Program-made: the position numbers and the translations under genes | In this document: one piece after another, positions 1-11,739 of the stretch | Layout of the letters: each line of letters begins with the position of its first letter | Position numbering within the stretch: position 1 is the stretch's first letter | Source: Psammoneis japonica | Lineage: Eukaryota | Direction: 5' to 3' | Length of the DNA: 64,000 nucleotides | NCBI GenBank assembly: GCA_008632985.1 | Contig: QPGO01000074.1 | Span: 248,001-312,000 of the forward strand | Notes under the pieces: generated by a model | Seen by the model: the letters and a program-made list of their open reading frames with translations, nothing else | What the model was told of the DNA's origin: nothing | The model's database searches: none

Positions 1-825
1 ACTAGTAACCAGAACCAACTAAACGCACTTGATTACAGCGACGAAATCAAGTCTGCTGTTGTGCAGGTCCAAAAAGCCTGGGAGCTCTACATGGATCCGA
101 ACGACAACTGGTTTACACAGAACGTGCATAGACTTGGTAAAGGGTTTGACCTTGAGAAACTTTCTAGTGACCCCCAAGCTCTGGCGCAAAAGTTTGACAA
201 GCTGGCTCACAACTACGACGCGTGGACCTTGGGAAACCAGTCGAGAATCGAATCTTGGGTTGCCGAAAAGTCAAAACTATTACTCGCAGAAACGGCGTCC
301 GATACGACGCATGTCTTGGACATGTGCTGTGGAACAGGTCTCCAAGGCCACATGTTGCGTTTGTGTGGCTTCCGGGGAGTTCTATCTGGCATTGACGTCT
401 CCTCCCGAATGATCGACATTGCCAAAAGCCGAAAATGCTACGACCATCTTGAGGTTGCTAACGTAAACCAAGACGTCTTCAAGCACTTTCCGAATGGATT
501 AGCCGACGTGATTATCTGTACGGGCGCGATGGAGTTGCTCAGCACTCGACATGCCTTGGGGATATTCTCGCGACTTCTCAAGACGGGTGGCGAGTTGTGG
601 ATCACATTTCAAGCTCGTACAGAAGATTCATCGTCTTGCTCTACCGCACACCAAAAAGTCAATGGAATTGATGGTAATACAATGAGGCTGGAGCTCAATC
701 GGCATGGATTTGAGATTGTCAACATGACCTATCATTCCGATGCGTTCTACACGCCTTCTCCCGAGTTGGACGGGACTCTGTTGCCCGGTCCCATATTTTT
801 ACGTTTGCGGTCAAAAGGTCAATGA
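1..825 (+). CDS. Class I SAM-dependent methyltransferase (METTL27/WBSCR27-like), 5'-truncated by window edge
   Basis: Frame open from base 1; motif I VLDMCCGTGLQG, GIDVSSRM, ADVIIC. A probable 1-nt indel near 787 would give an alternative C-terminus PVPYFYVCGQKVNESFHDN*. Confidence 0.8.
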   Translation, partial: TSNQNQLNALDYSDEIKSAVVQVQKAWELYMDPNDNWFTQNVHRLGKGFDLEKLSSDPQALAQKFDKLAHNYDAWTLGNQSRIESWVAEKSKLLLAETASDTTHVLDMCCGTGLQGHMLRLCGFRGVLSGIDVSSRMIDIAKSRKCYDHLEVANVNQDVFKHFPNGLADVIICTGAMELLSTRHALGIFSRLLKTGGELWITFQARTEDSSSCSTAHQKVNGIDGNTMRLELNRHGFEIVNMTYHSDAFYTPSPELDGTLLPGPIFLRLRSKGQ

Positions 826-1244
826 ATCATTTCACGATAACTAGATTTCTTTGTACGCATTTAGCCAAAGGAAACCGTTACCATATAATCTATCAATTGC
901 CTTGTTGTTCATTTTTCGTACTTGTACTGTACCTGTCGAGGAAACCATTTTTTGTGTCTGGAAGGAGTATACCCTCAACCCAAGGACGCAGTAACGCAGG
1001 CAGCCTGTTCGCCATGGTCAGCATTATCATAAGCTCTTTGAATGTATGCGTACCTAGGCACCATTTAGAGTGCGAAAGTGCATGCAGTTTGGCTCGCACC
1101 ACCGTATTATTCAAACATTCCGTTTGATTTAGTATGAATCTCATGTCATGTCCTAAAATTGAAAATTGCAAAAACAACCAAGGACCAGAGAAAATACGTG
1201 TGTCCTCGAGTAACTTGCAGTTTCAAGTTGTATGTAGAAGTACA

Positions 1245-1395
1245 TTAGACTACACTTCAACTCTAGCTCTAGAGCGGACGACTTGAAATGCGTTCGGACT
1301 ACTCTGCTCTCTAGCTACTCTAGCTACCGGTAGACTCTAACTAGCTAGAGAGCTAGCTAGGGCCCTAGCTAGTAGCTACTAGAGTAGAGAGAGTC
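1245..1395. repeat. CTAG/TAGC-rich low-complexity palindromic island containing TACCGGTA
   Basis: ctctagctctagag...ctagctactctagctaccggtagactctaactagctagagagctagctagggccctagctagtagctactagag; intergenic, upstream of the 1677 gene. Confidence 0.8.
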
Positions 1396-1676
1396 TGAAG
1401 CTTGGTCTGAAGTCTGACTCGGGATGATTCAACGCAATACGGCAACGTGCGAATTGCGCGCAAAAATTGCGCCAAAAGCCGAAAAGTGCCTGAGCAGCGA
1501 CACAAGCAACCGACGATGATCTGGGTCGCGGTGTCGCGACGAGAAGCATCCAACAAACGTCAGATTCGAGGTGTTGAGTAGGAAAGAACTTCGCGCAGAC
1601 TTATTTTCGCTGTTTTTGTTACATAAAAAACATTCAACATAGTCTACAGTAGTTGCGCACCCAGAAATACTACAAA

Positions 1677-2129
1677 ATGATCTGTAAGACCTTCTTTGAG
1701 ATTCTCGCTTGCATGCTTTTCGGCGTGGTTCTTATGGACTTGACGATTGACCACTCGGATGACGAGGTTGCTCAACTCGGATACTACAAGGCGCAGCTGA
1801 ATGGCATCGTCGCTACTGTCTTAATTCCCGTGGCAGTGGTGCTCATGATTCTTTGCATGTCCTTCAAAATCAAGAGGGCACCCACAACACGAGCCTATGT
1901 GGCGCTCGCCGTGCTCCTCTGTGGAGCGCCGTATTTGATCCTAGTCGTTGACCCGGCAAAGTCATCCTTGGTGCTCATGAAGCTATCTGAAGACGCCGAA
2001 ACATTTTTGGCAGCGATGGAAGTGATTAGGTTTGGGCATTGGGTGCTTCTCGTTTTGCTAGGTGCAGATTTGTTACTAAGTTTGGGTGACACCAGCACCC
2101 CGGCTAGCAGCAAACAAAAGTCAAAATGA
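1677..2129 (+). CDS. Small multi-pass membrane protein of unknown function
   Basis: 150-aa ORF from ATG 1677 with about four hydrophobic segments and a basic C-terminal tail (KQKSK). Confidence 0.7.
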   Translation: MICKTFFEILACMLFGVVLMDLTIDHSDDEVAQLGYYKAQLNGIVATVLIPVAVVLMILCMSFKIKRAPTTRAYVALAVLLCGAPYLILVVDPAKSSLVLMKLSEDAETFLAAMEVIRFGHWVLLVLLGADLLLSLGDTSTPASSKQKSK

Positions 2130-2571
2130 AGTTGCTATCATCGTGGGGTTACAGATTAGTTTTCTGGCAGTATTGATACAACTTCAACAGCTTAAAACTA
2201 GGCTTGTAATCGCATCATCATTGAAATGCTCCTTCATGCTCAAAAGGACTGCGTCCCTCACTTGAGAGATATCTGGAACGACAAATGGGCGGTCACTAAG
2301 TAGTTGCAACCGTTTTGAAATGTTATTTTGCCGAGACAACCGCTTCTTCACCCACCTGGGCTGTCTCTAGAGACAAACATGGCACCTACATTTCAGCGGA
2401 ATAGGATGGGTACAACAGTCTTTTTCAAGCGCTCTGTGGAGTGGCGAGTACACTACTTTCACTTTTCTGCTATTAAGTTCTACATGATTGTGATAACAAT
2501 AACTTCGGATTAGTTCTCTTTCCCTTTTACCGGTGTACAGACAGATAACGCCTGTTGGTTGATCAACGTAG

Positions 2572-3147
2572 CTACCGTGCCCAACTTTCCAGCTCATGAG
2601 TCGTCGCAGAATGTCGAAGATTCATTTCATTACGACAACAATTGCGTTTCTCGTGATCTTTTAGATCCGATTCTGTCAAGCCAGAGATGCGCTTCAAGAC
2701 ATTCTTGCGTTCGAAGTACGTTAGTTTCATCATCTCGCCACTTCTCCTTCGCCCTTCACGGGATTTCTCCCATACCTCAAGATCCACTGTCTCAGGACAG
2801 TTGTGTTCCCATCCTAAGCTTAACGGCAACGAAACGAGCGGGTGATCTCCTAGAACAACAGAATGCTCTCGAATCTCCAACTTTGAGAATGATACCCGTT
2901 GTGGCTTAGGCTTCGAGGTGACTGGATTCACTTTTTGTATCGGCAATCGAGTTGGAATCTTGGGAATACTCACAACACGTTGTGCACTAGGATGTTCATC
3001 CAGAGAGCGGCAGATGATCGGGAAATCGGACCAGTCAAAGGTAGTCAGCCCCGGCTTCGGGATCGATTTCGTAGGTGTCGGTCGCTCAGAACCACGGAAC
3101 GAACGACTTGGAGTTGTGCCAACGGCGTAGCTTTGAATTGATAGTGT
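2572..3147 (-). CDS. Hypothetical protein of a diatom-type family (VSF..LEIREH..VLGDHP..PLSLGW motif)
   Basis: ORF 2572..3234 with likely ATG at 3147; the motif RVSFSKLEIREHSVVLGDHPLVSLPLSLGWEH resembles an expanded diatom family. Confidence 0.7.
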   Translation of the reverse strand, partial: TLSIQSYAVGTTPSRSFRGSERPTPTKSIPKPGLTTFDWSDFPIICRSLDEHPSAQRVVSIPKIPTRLPIQKVNPVTSKPKPQRVSFSKLEIREHSVVLGDHPLVSLPLSLGWEHNCPETVDLEVWEKSREGRRRSGEMMKLTYFERKNVLKRISGLTESDLKDHEKRNCCRNEMNLRHSATTHELESWAR

Positions 3148-3419
3148 CATTTTAGATTTCTTTTCAAATTTGCGACACACAGAAATAAATGATGGATGAC
3201 ACTGCAGGGAAGTGAAAAAGCAAACTGTTGTCATGTGAATGATGCGTTTGATTTTGATGGATCGGTGATGGAGGTGATGATGGGTGATGGGTTCGGCAAA
3301 TTTTGAAATCTTGTCGATCGGCGGGACAGGTTCTTCAACGTGCTGTAGGGTTCAGTACAACTCTCCACGTTACGGAACAGTGGTACTGACAGGCAGTGTG
3401 AATATGACAAAATCCTGTC

Positions 3420-5050
3420 AGGCAACTTCAACATGCGTGCGAACCACCACTCCGATTGGCTTGGAACGGTTCGTTCCAGATGGCAACCTTGAACCTTCTG
3501 CCATCCGTTCATCAGTGCAAACGTCTGCACGCACCTGGCTGCCATGTCAAGCTGCTCACACCATGAGAGTGGCTGGAGGCAGTGCTCTGTCAGTCTGCCA
3601 GCTCTGTTGGAGCACCCCCGCTCTTTGATTTTCTCCTCAGCAGCTGGCTTCAGCTTGCCCCTGAGAAGCCCGGGTCTCCTGGATGAAAAGCACCATTGCA
3701 GCTTGGCACCAGCTCTCAGCTGTTGCTCAGCTGATGCTCAAGAAGCACGTTGACATGCACTTGTTGCACAGCCCAGTGTGACATCTCAGCATCTTAAAAA
3801 ACAGCCCACCCACAAGAAGAAGAGGAGAGTTCACTGCACACCTGGCTTCACACATGCCCAGCAGCCAGCACACTCTTCCAACAGGAGCGAACCCGTTTGG
3901 TGGAGCACTTTGCGCAGATGGGCTGGCACAACAACCATCTCATTTTTTTTGCATTTGGCCCAGCACACATTGACCAGCTCTGCCAAAAAGCTTTTTTTGC
4001 CAAGCTCAAAGGTGCTTGAAGCTAGAAATGCCACACAAAGAAAACAAAAAGATGTGCAACAGCAAAGCCACCACAAAAGATGACACATGTCACTGCGTCA
4101 GAGCGCCGCCACTCTGGAGTTCAAAATCACACCTCCAAAGCAGCCAAAATTGCACTGCACACACTGCTGTGATGGCGTCAATGAAGAGTGCTTTGACCCA
4201 ACTTTTTGCTGTTATTTGCTCAACAATTTGAGTGCAGAGGATGGAGTCAGCTGGCATTTGTTGCAAGCCAAACAGCCAATGTAAAAACACAAAAAGAGTG
4301 TCGAGTGATGGCAGCCACAAGGGAGGCTTTGTGCCTGCAGAAAAAGAGTTGGCAAGCAAAAAAAGCCAAGCTGTGTGCTAGATTTTTTCTTGGATTGCAG
4401 GTGGCAACAACCAGACAATGACGGCTGTGCAAGATTTTTGTTGTTTGTTCTCATGCAGCAGTGCTTGGCACACAAGTTGCCTGCTTGACAAATCACCATG
4501 GCAGCCAGCTGGCTCAACTGGGTTGTTTTTTTGCTGTCTCCACAGCACACAAAGTTTTTTGAGTTTCAGCCCCCCTGGTGTTGACAGACACCTGTGTTTG
4601 GGACAGCAGGCACCATTTTGTGAGGGAAACTCTGTGTTGTTTTGGACCTGGGCTGTCCAAGAACATTCTGTGGCCCAACGTGGCTGTTTGATTTTTTGCA
4701 ATGGGCTCGACAAGATTCTTCAGGAAGCACATGCCCAGCATCACGGGCCAGGTTTGGTGGCAACCTCCGAACTTCAGATTCACAATTTGTTGACACACAC
4801 AGCTCTTGGCTCAAGATTTTTCAGGAAGCACATGTGCCTGTGGCATCACGGGCCAAGTTTGGTGGCAACCTCTCCGAACTTCAGATTTTCACAATTTGTG
4901 GACACACACAGTTCTTGGACTTCTCATCACACTCCTCTCTGTGGGGGTCCCTCCCGCTGTTGACAACATTCTGGGGACAGTTGCGTGGCCAACGGGGGAC
5001 TGAACACATCGGTGTCCCCGCCCGATTTCGGCCGTCTGTTCTGCACATCA
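3420..5050. mobile_element. TpA/CpG-depleted repeat island A (degenerate transposon remnant)
   Basis: Abrupt loss of TA and CG dinucleotides with TG/CA excess; no long credible ORF; internal tandem duplication. Confidence 0.6.
4705..4920 (+). repeat. Imperfect tandem duplication, two units of ~100-110 bp
   Basis: caagatt..caggaagcacatg..gcatcacgggcca.gtttggtggcaacct..ccgaacttcagatt..cacaatttgt.gacacacacag.tcttgg occurs twice. Confidence 0.85.
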
Positions 5051-5271
5051 TGAAGTTCTCAAAAAAGTCTGAGAGCAAAAACGGCAAGGGGTATGACGTG
5101 GCATCGGAGGGAAAAAATGCCGGCAACTACTGCTGGGGCACACGGCACACCTTCAAGGTTGCAGCTGTTCGGTGTCAATTCAAATTGTTGAACACCACCA
5201 CAATGGCGCCCAGCCCCAGCGCCCATCTGCCGGAAGTTTACTGAATCTCTTTGAACCACAATTTGATCATC

Positions 5272-6067
5272 ATGGAGGCCTTGGTGTCGTCGCGTTTCTT
5301 GAGTTTTATTGTGTTCCTCCTTGTCTGCTTGGCTCCTGCGGCTTGTGCCTTTGCGGTTCTTGGCAGGCAGCGTTCGGGAGTTGCGCTAGCGGCGACGGCG
5401 GCCAATGACCCTCCTCCGCTTTCGTCACTGGTGGGGGACATGCTCCGCAACCAACAAGAAGCAGCTCGGGAAGAAGCGAATCTGGCGCAACAACTACAAC
5501 CAGTTGACAGTATTGGTGACATGCCACAAGTTGACCAACATGGCCTTTATCATGTTTTCCGTCAAGATCAGTTCCAGTGAGTAGTTTGTATGGCTTCGTT
5601 TTTGTCGTGGCTGTTACTCACGTTTTTCTCTTCTCTTCAGAAAACTTTGTGAGGCTCATCCCGACAAGTTGATCTTGGTGCAGTTTTCCGCGCCCTGGTG
5701 CCAAGCCTGTCGGGCGTTGGCGAAAAAGTTCAAGCCCTTCATGCGGCGGAAGCAGCATGAAAATGAGCACGTAATCTTTGCCAGTATCCGTTGTGGCAGT
5801 AGTAGTCAACAATCGGCTGCTGCTGCTGCCAACAGCATGCAATGCGACACCATGGGGATATGGCAATTACCGTCCATGCAGTTTTATGCGGCCGGTGGCC
5901 AATTGATGGAATCCTTTCCTTGTGGGCCCGCCAATTTGACGTGGACCGATTTGCAACGGAAAATGTCACACTTTGTCCAAACGAATGCCGTGACAGCTAC
6001 GTCGGCGAGTCCCCCGCGTCGTCGTCGTTTGCTGTCCTGGATCACCAAGCGATTGCGGCGAAAGTGA
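5272..6067 (+). CDS. Thioredoxin-like protein with signal/plastid-targeting presequence, 2 exons (5272-5576, 5641-6067)
   Basis: Signal peptide ending ACA-FAV; GTGAGT...TTCAG intron 5577-5640 joins the frames; active site APWCQAC. Confidence 0.85.
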
Positions 6068-6626
6068 AGTCAAGTGTTTAGCTCATGAATTCTGCATGTA
6101 TTATTGTTTGCTTTCTGCCAGCAAGCAGCCTCACAGCACGATCTTTCACAAGCGTCTCCGCCATAAAAGGAGGCTAGTAGTACAAGTAACATGTTATACC
6201 CAGTGTTCTTATGGTTTTTTGTAGGGCCCTACTGATCTTATGAAGCCGGTATGCTCCCTCGAGTTGCGACTGGACAATAAACCAGCTGGATCCTGTTGTT
6301 CTCTCGCTACTTCCATCATCTTTATCATACATACAAGCGAAGTTTGATTCAGCATTAACAGGATCACACGACTAAAGAGATGAGAGAACGGAGTGGAGTA
6401 CCGGTAGTCTTTACTAGCATTTTGGCTGCACGACTTTCGCAGCCAGCTCGGCTCCAATTACATTGCGAGCGCTACGTGGGTTCGTGTCTACCGTAGCAGG
6501 GGCAAATCTTGCAAGCTCATCTGTGGTTATTCTACTTTAGCACTTACTCTGCCACAGCAGGCTATAAATTCTGGGAAAAGGGGGTTTACTGTACAATAGC
6601 AGCTTTTCATAGCTAGGGTGTGCGTT

Positions 6627-9600
6627 TTAGCCGTGGTAGCTGGAAGAAGGCTTTTCTTTCTCTCTTTCGCTCCGACGTAAGTTCTTCAAAATTGTATTAA
6701 GTTCGGCGACAATCTCATCAAAATTGAGACGATCCTGAGGATTTTCCTCCCAGCATTTCACCATCAAATCTTTCCATGGGCAGTCTTGCGGTACAGGAGG
6801 ACGAAGGCTTTCGTTCGCAACCTTTGCAATGATTTGGGTCGTCTCGAGTCCTTGATAAACTTCCTCCCTCGTTGCTAGCTCCCAGAGAACAATGCCATAT
6901 CCATACACATCACTGTATTTGGAAGATCTCGCATGTTTGATGACCTCGGGAGCAAGCCAACAAGCTGTACCAACTCCATGCGTCATTGTCCGTGATCCGG
7001 AGAGCGTGGCCCTCGCAGAACCCCAGTCACCTATTTTCGCAAGAATGGTGGGCTTTGGACTCATATGATCGCTTTCGGCAAGGTCTGCCCCACTAGCATC
7101 TGAACGTGCGCTTTCGCTCGATGCGTCAGCACCCCGTGACTTTTTCGGCTTCCGCCGTTGCCTCTTCATGAAGCCTCTTTTCTTACTGGGAGTCTCTTTT
7201 TCTATTGGTGTGTCTATAAAACTCTCGTGTACAAAGATATTGTGGCTTTTGAGATCTCTGTGAATGATGGGTGGATCTTGGTTATGTAGGTAGCACATAC
7301 CCTCCGCAACCTGCAAGGCAAGCTCTAATCTGAGTCGCACGGGGAGCTTTTTGTCATTGTCGTCTAGCAGCTGCCTAAGACTTCCTAGCGAACACAATTC
7401 ACTGACGATCCAGATGGCCTGTGCTGTCAATGAGCATCCATAAAGCTGTAGGACATTGGGATGTCTCAAAATTGCCATCATTCCAGCCTCTCCAATGATT
7501 TCTTCGATAATGTCTTGCCGCATCGCCGACCTTCCAGCTACGGCTGCTTGAGCAAACACAAATTCTTTCACGGCCACACTAGCACTTCTCCACTTGGCGC
7601 TCCAAACCCTGCCAAACGTACCCTCGCCAATGATTCGCTGTAGCCAGATTTCTTGTGGGTCGATCAGGGTGAGAAGGTGTGGGTGCTGTACATAGCGTGT
7701 TCTCATAGCTCTCTGGTATGCTTCGGTAATGTTGGAGTTCTCCACTGCACTGTAAGTGAGCGTGTCAAGCGAAATACCTCTAAGTTGTGCGTCTCTGTTG
7801 AAGACGGATAAGAAGGTTGATGTCACATTTTTGTTGCACATGATCGCCAGGAACATGCCAACCAGCGCACCAAACGCAACACAGTAGACAATAATGGTAT
7901 AACCCAGCTTGCCTTCCGCTGCTGGTCCCTCGTCATTTTCAACCAACATTTGAGAAATAGTCATGATCGCCCCACGAACATGCCCATCAGAAAGTATCTC
8001 TGTGTACGGCTGGGGCGCCGCTGGTGGCGAACTGGACGACGTGGTGGTGACAATACGACCGTTGCGCGGTGACAAATCGGAAGAATCAGCCTTAGCTCCG
8101 AAAGACCATTTAGCCACAAGGTTGTCACCGGCAATAAAAACGGTGCCCTCGTACTCGCCAAATCCATTCGAAAGTGCATGCAGCGGTTCATCATGGCCAT
8201 CAAAACCTGGAAGCCAAGACCAATTAAAATCATGCGCTGGAGCGGTAGAGTTCTGAACGATCTCGTATTCGTCGTCGTCTTCAGAATACTGCTTTCTGGT
8301 GGTCTTGGATGTTGACGATGGCTTTTTAAGGGTGGTTTTCAGGAGTGCGATTGTGTAGGGACGACTACTGTCAGGCCATGTGGTAGAACGCGTCGTTTTC
8401 CCGGCCACCATGAGGCCATAAGGAGTGAGCAACATATTTTCCCCGCCTGTCGGGAGCACAGTATGCGCGGCATCTGCCAAACACGTCCATCGATTTGCCA
8501 CAATCTCGTAGGCGGCAAGTCCAAGGCATACTTCACCCGTTGCCGTGAGCCTTTCGAATGAGCCCATTACATACAAAACTCCATTCTCTTCATCTAGTTG
8601 CAATGCGGTCCCAACGCCGTCCTCCGTTTTATTCTTCATTGATAAACCTCCTCCGGGATGAGCGACAAGATGACCAGATTCGCGGTCATACACGGCAAGT
8701 GCTGCAGGAACGTTCGACCCATCAATGGCATTAAATTTGCCAGCCACGTGGAGTTGTTGCCTTTTCGAGTCCCAAGCCAATGCCAGGACCGTAACCGTGC
8801 ACCACGAGCATGTTATCTGTCCCACTTCCAGGGGAAGCCACACTTGCTCTACCGCATTAAAATGTGCAATGTTGTAAATCTTGACAAATTCGTGTCTCTC
8901 GCCATTCCACACTTGCGTCTGGAACGAACCAGCCACGTAAACGTCCTGCGGACCCGCGAGCGATGCGGTTGTAATTTTCATTCCCTTCGAAAGAGCAGAA
9001 TTACACAAGCCTTCTCCGACTTTGGACAATAACAACCCATTCCATCTTCCGACAGAGCAGTAAGTCACTTGACTGTTTCGATAGGTTGTGTCAAAGGCAC
9101 CGACAACTATAAGCTCCCCAGAACCCAAATGCTTGGTACTACTCGCGGGCGCGTTGGGATCCTTTGTGTGGTTGGCAAGCAGTTTGTAAACTTCGCCACC
9201 CGAATACGAATTATAAAGACTGAGCTGAATACGCTGCGTGAGACTCCACTCTTTGTTTCGAAGGCCCATTTGTGCAATATTGCAGGGGCTGTCCTCCACA
9301 ATCACTTTGCCGGCAATGACCAGGTTCGGACCAGGTGACGAGAAGGCAGGTGCGTTGGACCAAAAGCGACTCACACCAGAAGAGTCGGCAAGATTCCTAT
9401 GACCGTGTTCCTCTTGGTCGTCAGTCTTGCCAAAGAGATTGGTATACGAAATGGCTCCACCTCCTCCCTGTTGCGAGTGTGTGCCTCGACGAACTGCTCG
9501 ATGTAGCCTGCTACCCCAGCTACCACAACCCGCTGAACACCTCTGGGACCACGCGTCACTGATGGACATTCCTATTACCACAAGAGCAAGGATACATAGC

Positions 9601-9923
9601 GACACACACGCACCCAACAGTCCTCCCCAAGCAGCACGCTTTAACAGTCGTTTAACTGCTGATATTCGAGAGGAATCATCATCATCATCATCTGAAGTCG
9701 GCGTTCGTATTCGTTTCAACGCCTGAATTGCAGCTTGTAAATCTAGCGAGAGAGGCTGTCTATATGCGATTGAAAGAGGAGTTTTCTCTGTTGGTAGCGA
9801 TGAATCTGTCGAACTGCTGCTTGCAGTACTTATGGTAGCTTCAGACAACTCTCTTCTATGCGTTGGTTGTGTGGGAGCATCAGAAGAGTCAACAGAGCCG
9901 TACTCGCCCACTGTTTCCTTCAT
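6627..9923 (-). CDS. Receptor-like TKL-group protein kinase with two TM segments and a beta-propeller-like ectodomain
   Basis: 1098-aa intronless ORF; GEGTFG, VAVK, HRDLKSHN, DWG, GTACWLAPE, SDVYGYG; repeated V.G.F blades between the two TM helices. Confidence 0.92.
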   Translation of the reverse strand: MKETVGEYGSVDSSDAPTQPTHRRELSEATISTASSSSTDSSLPTEKTPLSIAYRQPLSLDLQAAIQALKRIRTPTSDDDDDDSSRISAVKRLLKRAAWGGLLGACVSLCILALVVIGMSISDAWSQRCSAGCGSWGSRLHRAVRRGTHSQQGGGGAISYTNLFGKTDDQEEHGHRNLADSSGVSRFWSNAPAFSSPGPNLVIAGKVIVEDSPCNIAQMGLRNKEWSLTQRIQLSLYNSYSGGEVYKLLANHTKDPNAPASSTKHLGSGELIVVGAFDTTYRNSQVTYCSVGRWNGLLLSKVGEGLCNSALSKGMKITTASLAGPQDVYVAGSFQTQVWNGERHEFVKIYNIAHFNAVEQVWLPLEVGQITCSWCTVTVLALAWDSKRQQLHVAGKFNAIDGSNVPAALAVYDRESGHLVAHPGGGLSMKNKTEDGVGTALQLDEENGVLYVMGSFERLTATGEVCLGLAAYEIVANRWTCLADAAHTVLPTGGENMLLTPYGLMVAGKTTRSTTWPDSSRPYTIALLKTTLKKPSSTSKTTRKQYSEDDDEYEIVQNSTAPAHDFNWSWLPGFDGHDEPLHALSNGFGEYEGTVFIAGDNLVAKWSFGAKADSSDLSPRNGRIVTTTSSSSPPAAPQPYTEILSDGHVRGAIMTISQMLVENDEGPAAEGKLGYTIIVYCVAFGALVGMFLAIMCNKNVTSTFLSVFNRDAQLRGISLDTLTYSAVENSNITEAYQRAMRTRYVQHPHLLTLIDPQEIWLQRIIGEGTFGRVWSAKWRSASVAVKEFVFAQAAVAGRSAMRQDIIEEIIGEAGMMAILRHPNVLQLYGCSLTAQAIWIVSELCSLGSLRQLLDDNDKKLPVRLRLELALQVAEGMCYLHNQDPPIIHRDLKSHNIFVHESFIDTPIEKETPSKKRGFMKRQRRKPKKSRGADASSESARSDASGADLAESDHMSPKPTILAKIGDWGSARATLSGSRTMTHGVGTACWLAPEVIKHARSSKYSDVYGYGIVLWELATREEVYQGLETTQIIAKVANESLRPPVPQDCPWKDLMVKCWEENPQDRLNFDEIVAELNTILKNLRRSEREKEKPSSSYHG

Positions 9924-10924
9924 CACGGGAGCTCAATTCTAAAGCTAAGTTTATACGTTCAAGAGAAAGTGAAAACGGCAGATTAGTGATAAATTCATGT
10001 ACTCAGCGCAGCTAACAAAAAAACTCCGGAAGCAGTCGTGTGTTGCGAGATGATGGGATCAGCAGAAATTTCGTATACCACAACTTCTGCGGCGATTTGT
10101 AATCAAAGTCAATCAACAGAGTAGCTTCCACTTACGATACCCTCAAAGGCATGGATGCTTCAATGAATGGCTTCAATGACAAAGAAAGCAATTCCACAGA
10201 CGTTTGCAGAAACATGTGTGATCATCTGCTGGTGTCAGCGCCGATGAGCAACTGCAAAATCTACGTGGCACCTGGTAGTAATCCTACGTGAAAATGCTGT
10301 CGGTGGGAGGAGCGACACCGAGTGACAGCTCATCAATCCGATCTATTCAATGCTGGATACAATTTTTCTTCAAGGGATGAGGGCCGTCACCTGTCACAAA
10401 TTTTGGCGGGCACCTTCGCGAGGCGCGAGTCACAATGATCCTTTTCCCGCATCCGCCACTTCCAAGACAACTTTCTTTTGACACCACGATTCCTTTCCTC
10501 TCCCTAATCCTTTCATTGTTGTGCCCATGCAAGGGATTCGTGATAACGAGGGGGTGATATGATAGAGTTATGGATTTTACTACTTCCCCAACAGCAGGCT
10601 TGCCGTGGAGCCAGGATCTTTGCTTAAAACTACGATATTTCTGTGAAGGGCGTTTCGTCCTTCTGCTATGTATATATATGTTACCTTGTTTTGAACTGCA
10701 AGTTTGGTATGCCGAATACTGTGCGGCGATAGAAAGTTACTTCTTCCAGGTATCGTCATCTCCTATAAAAAGTGAGAAGTTCTGCCACACAGCACAACAG
10801 ATAGCACTAACTTATTATTTGTCACGGCACCTGAACTCTTTCTTCTCTGCAATATGCAGGTATCTTCTTCCTCAGCTGTCTTCAATATTATGCAGATAGG
10901 TTGCTGTTTTACGAAAAACGGCGC

Positions 10925-11374
10925 TTACTCCTCCTCGCAAGTGGCATGGCGGAGGTAGGCACCAGTGCAGTCAAGGTTTCCGACGATTTCGGTAATCTCA
11001 AAGGGCGCATCGGGAGTAATCTTGCATGCGTGCGCCTCGACATCTTCTTCCGAAGCAGCTGCATAGATGCAGTAAGTTCCTTCGGGTACCACGTACGATG
11101 TAATCCACACGCACTTCCCACCCAGATCTTCGTTGGCCTTGCACGAGCCACATCCGGCGGCGACGAGTTCTGATGCCGACATTGTTCCAGCGCCAGGAAT
11201 GCTGCGCTTGATGATGAACTTCTTGTAGGGCGCTTCTCCGGCGGTGGACATTTTGAGTTGGTTGCTGCTGCTGAACCCAGAGGAGGAAGACAATGCATTC
11301 AACTGCCTGTGTTGGGGCACAAAGGCAGATGTAGAAAGCAGGGCAAGCAGAAGGCCCAACACAAGACGGAACAT
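10925..11374 (-). CDS. DUF4242 (SCO4226-like) domain protein with bipartite plastid-targeting peptide
   Basis: Signal peptide + SAF-VP motif, Ser-rich transit peptide, then KFIIKRSIPGAG...WITSYV...TYCIYAAASEEDVEAHA, matching the DUF4242 pattern as I recall it. Confidence 0.8.
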   Translation of the reverse strand: MFRLVLGLLLALLSTSAFVPQHRQLNALSSSSGFSSSNQLKMSTAGEAPYKKFIIKRSIPGAGTMSASELVAAGCGSCKANEDLGGKCVWITSYVVPEGTYCIYAAASEEDVEAHACKITPDAPFEITEIVGNLDCTGAYLRHATCEEE

Positions 11375-11739
11375 GGTCGTTTGATGGATGCTCTTTATCA
11401 GAATTATGAAGCGATCTTCGCAGCGAATTTGTCTGTTGAAACAGGGAGAGGTTGAAGGTTGACTGACGAAGAATCTGGAAATCCAGGCTTTAGGCGGGGC
11501 TCAGGCAGCTTTTGACATCGCGCAAAATTGTGATGGCTGGATAAAACTGAAAAAACAATTTATTCATATCTGATTATGAATCCAATGCTCGCAATCGTGA
11601 ACACGAACGAAACACAACTGGCCAGAGAAACCGCAATCAAGTTGACGCTCAGTCATGCACATACCGGTGCTGTGCGGCACCTACCTGTCATACCTACCGT
11701 ACATGCAGAGGTCAATCACCAACTACGTACAAGTTAAAA

